A DNA stretch of 64,000 nt, taken from the NCBI RefSeq assembly GCF_006345805.1, contig NC_043021.1, positions 13,454,001-13,518,000 on the forward strand, read 5' to 3'. The notes under the pieces were generated by a model, which saw only the letters and a list, made by a program, of their open reading frames with translations, did not search any database and was not told where the DNA came from. Made by a program: the position numbers and the translations under genes. Shown in pieces: positions 63,353 through 64,000 of the stretch. Position 1 is the first letter of the stretch. Each line of letters begins with the position of its first letter. Origin of the DNA: Octopus sinensis. Taxonomy: Eukaryota.

Positions 63353-63515
63353 TGTGGAATCACAATAACTTGAGAGACTTATATATCATGCATTGTGTCT
63401 CCAAGCAATCCTTTCCGGTTCAAATACACAACATGGCTGGTCTTATTTCAAAATCAAAGGACAAAAGTCTATGAGAAAACATGAAAAAAAACAAGAAGGT
63501 GACTATGAAAGTTGG

Positions 63516-63517
<2 letters not shown>

Positions 63518-63546
<29 letters not shown>

Positions 63547-64000
63547 GTTTAATGTCCGTTTTCCGTGCTAGCACGGGTTGGACGGTTCGACCAGGGTCTG
63601 GGAAGCCTGGGGCTGCACCAGGCTCCAGTCTGATCTGGCAGTGTTTCTACAGCTGGATACCCTTCCTAATGCCAACCGCTCCGCAAGTGTAGTGGGTGCT
63701 TTTTTACGTGCCACCTGCACAGGTGCCAGGGGAGTCTGGCATCGGCCATGATCGGTTGGTGCTTTTAACATGCCACCGGCACGGAAGCCAGCCAAGGCGG
63801 CGCTGGCATCGGCCACGTTCAGATGGCGCTTTTTATGTGCCACTGGCACAGAAGCTAGTCGAGGCAGTACTGGCAACAGCCACATTCGAATGGAGCTTTT
63901 TATGTGCCACCGGCACAGAAGCCAGTCGAGGCAGTACTGGCAACGGCCACGTTCGGATGGAGCTTTTTATGTGCCACCGGCACAGAAGCCACTCAAGGCG
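63518..64000 (-). mobile_element. RTE 3' UTR with expanded 63-67 bp tandem array, running off the window
   Basis: GCTTTT unit starts at 63698, 63761, 63828, 63895 and 63962. Confidence 0.9.

Overview
AT-rich eukaryotic DNA that is mostly repetitive, with one 100-N assembly gap at 45291-45390. The combination of (TA)n/(CA)n/(TACA)n and (GGT/CAA/ACC)n tracts with several tRNA-headed SINE families resembles a coleoid cephalopod (Octopus-like) genome; this is inferred from the repeat landscape, not from a search. No host protein-coding gene can be supported. Almost all ORFs in the track are translated microsatellites, and the only recognisable protein fragments come from transposons: RTE-clade reverse transcriptase C-termini, an R4/Dong-type restriction-like endonuclease and Tc1/mariner transposases. 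Family labels A, C, D and E are my own. The most interesting signal is a set of minimal type I hammerhead ribozyme motifs inside Penelope-like remnants. Two have a fully canonical core (92-134 and 30900-30939). Others carry core changes shared between copies (U4C, A6U), including a palindromic element present twice in inverted orientation at 27-28 kb. Also notable are head-to-tail SINE arrays in (TAA)n next to an R4/Dong-type fragment, a microhomology-flanked local templated insertion, a 183-bp captured fragment with an 18-bp duplication, and minisatellites growing inside transposons.
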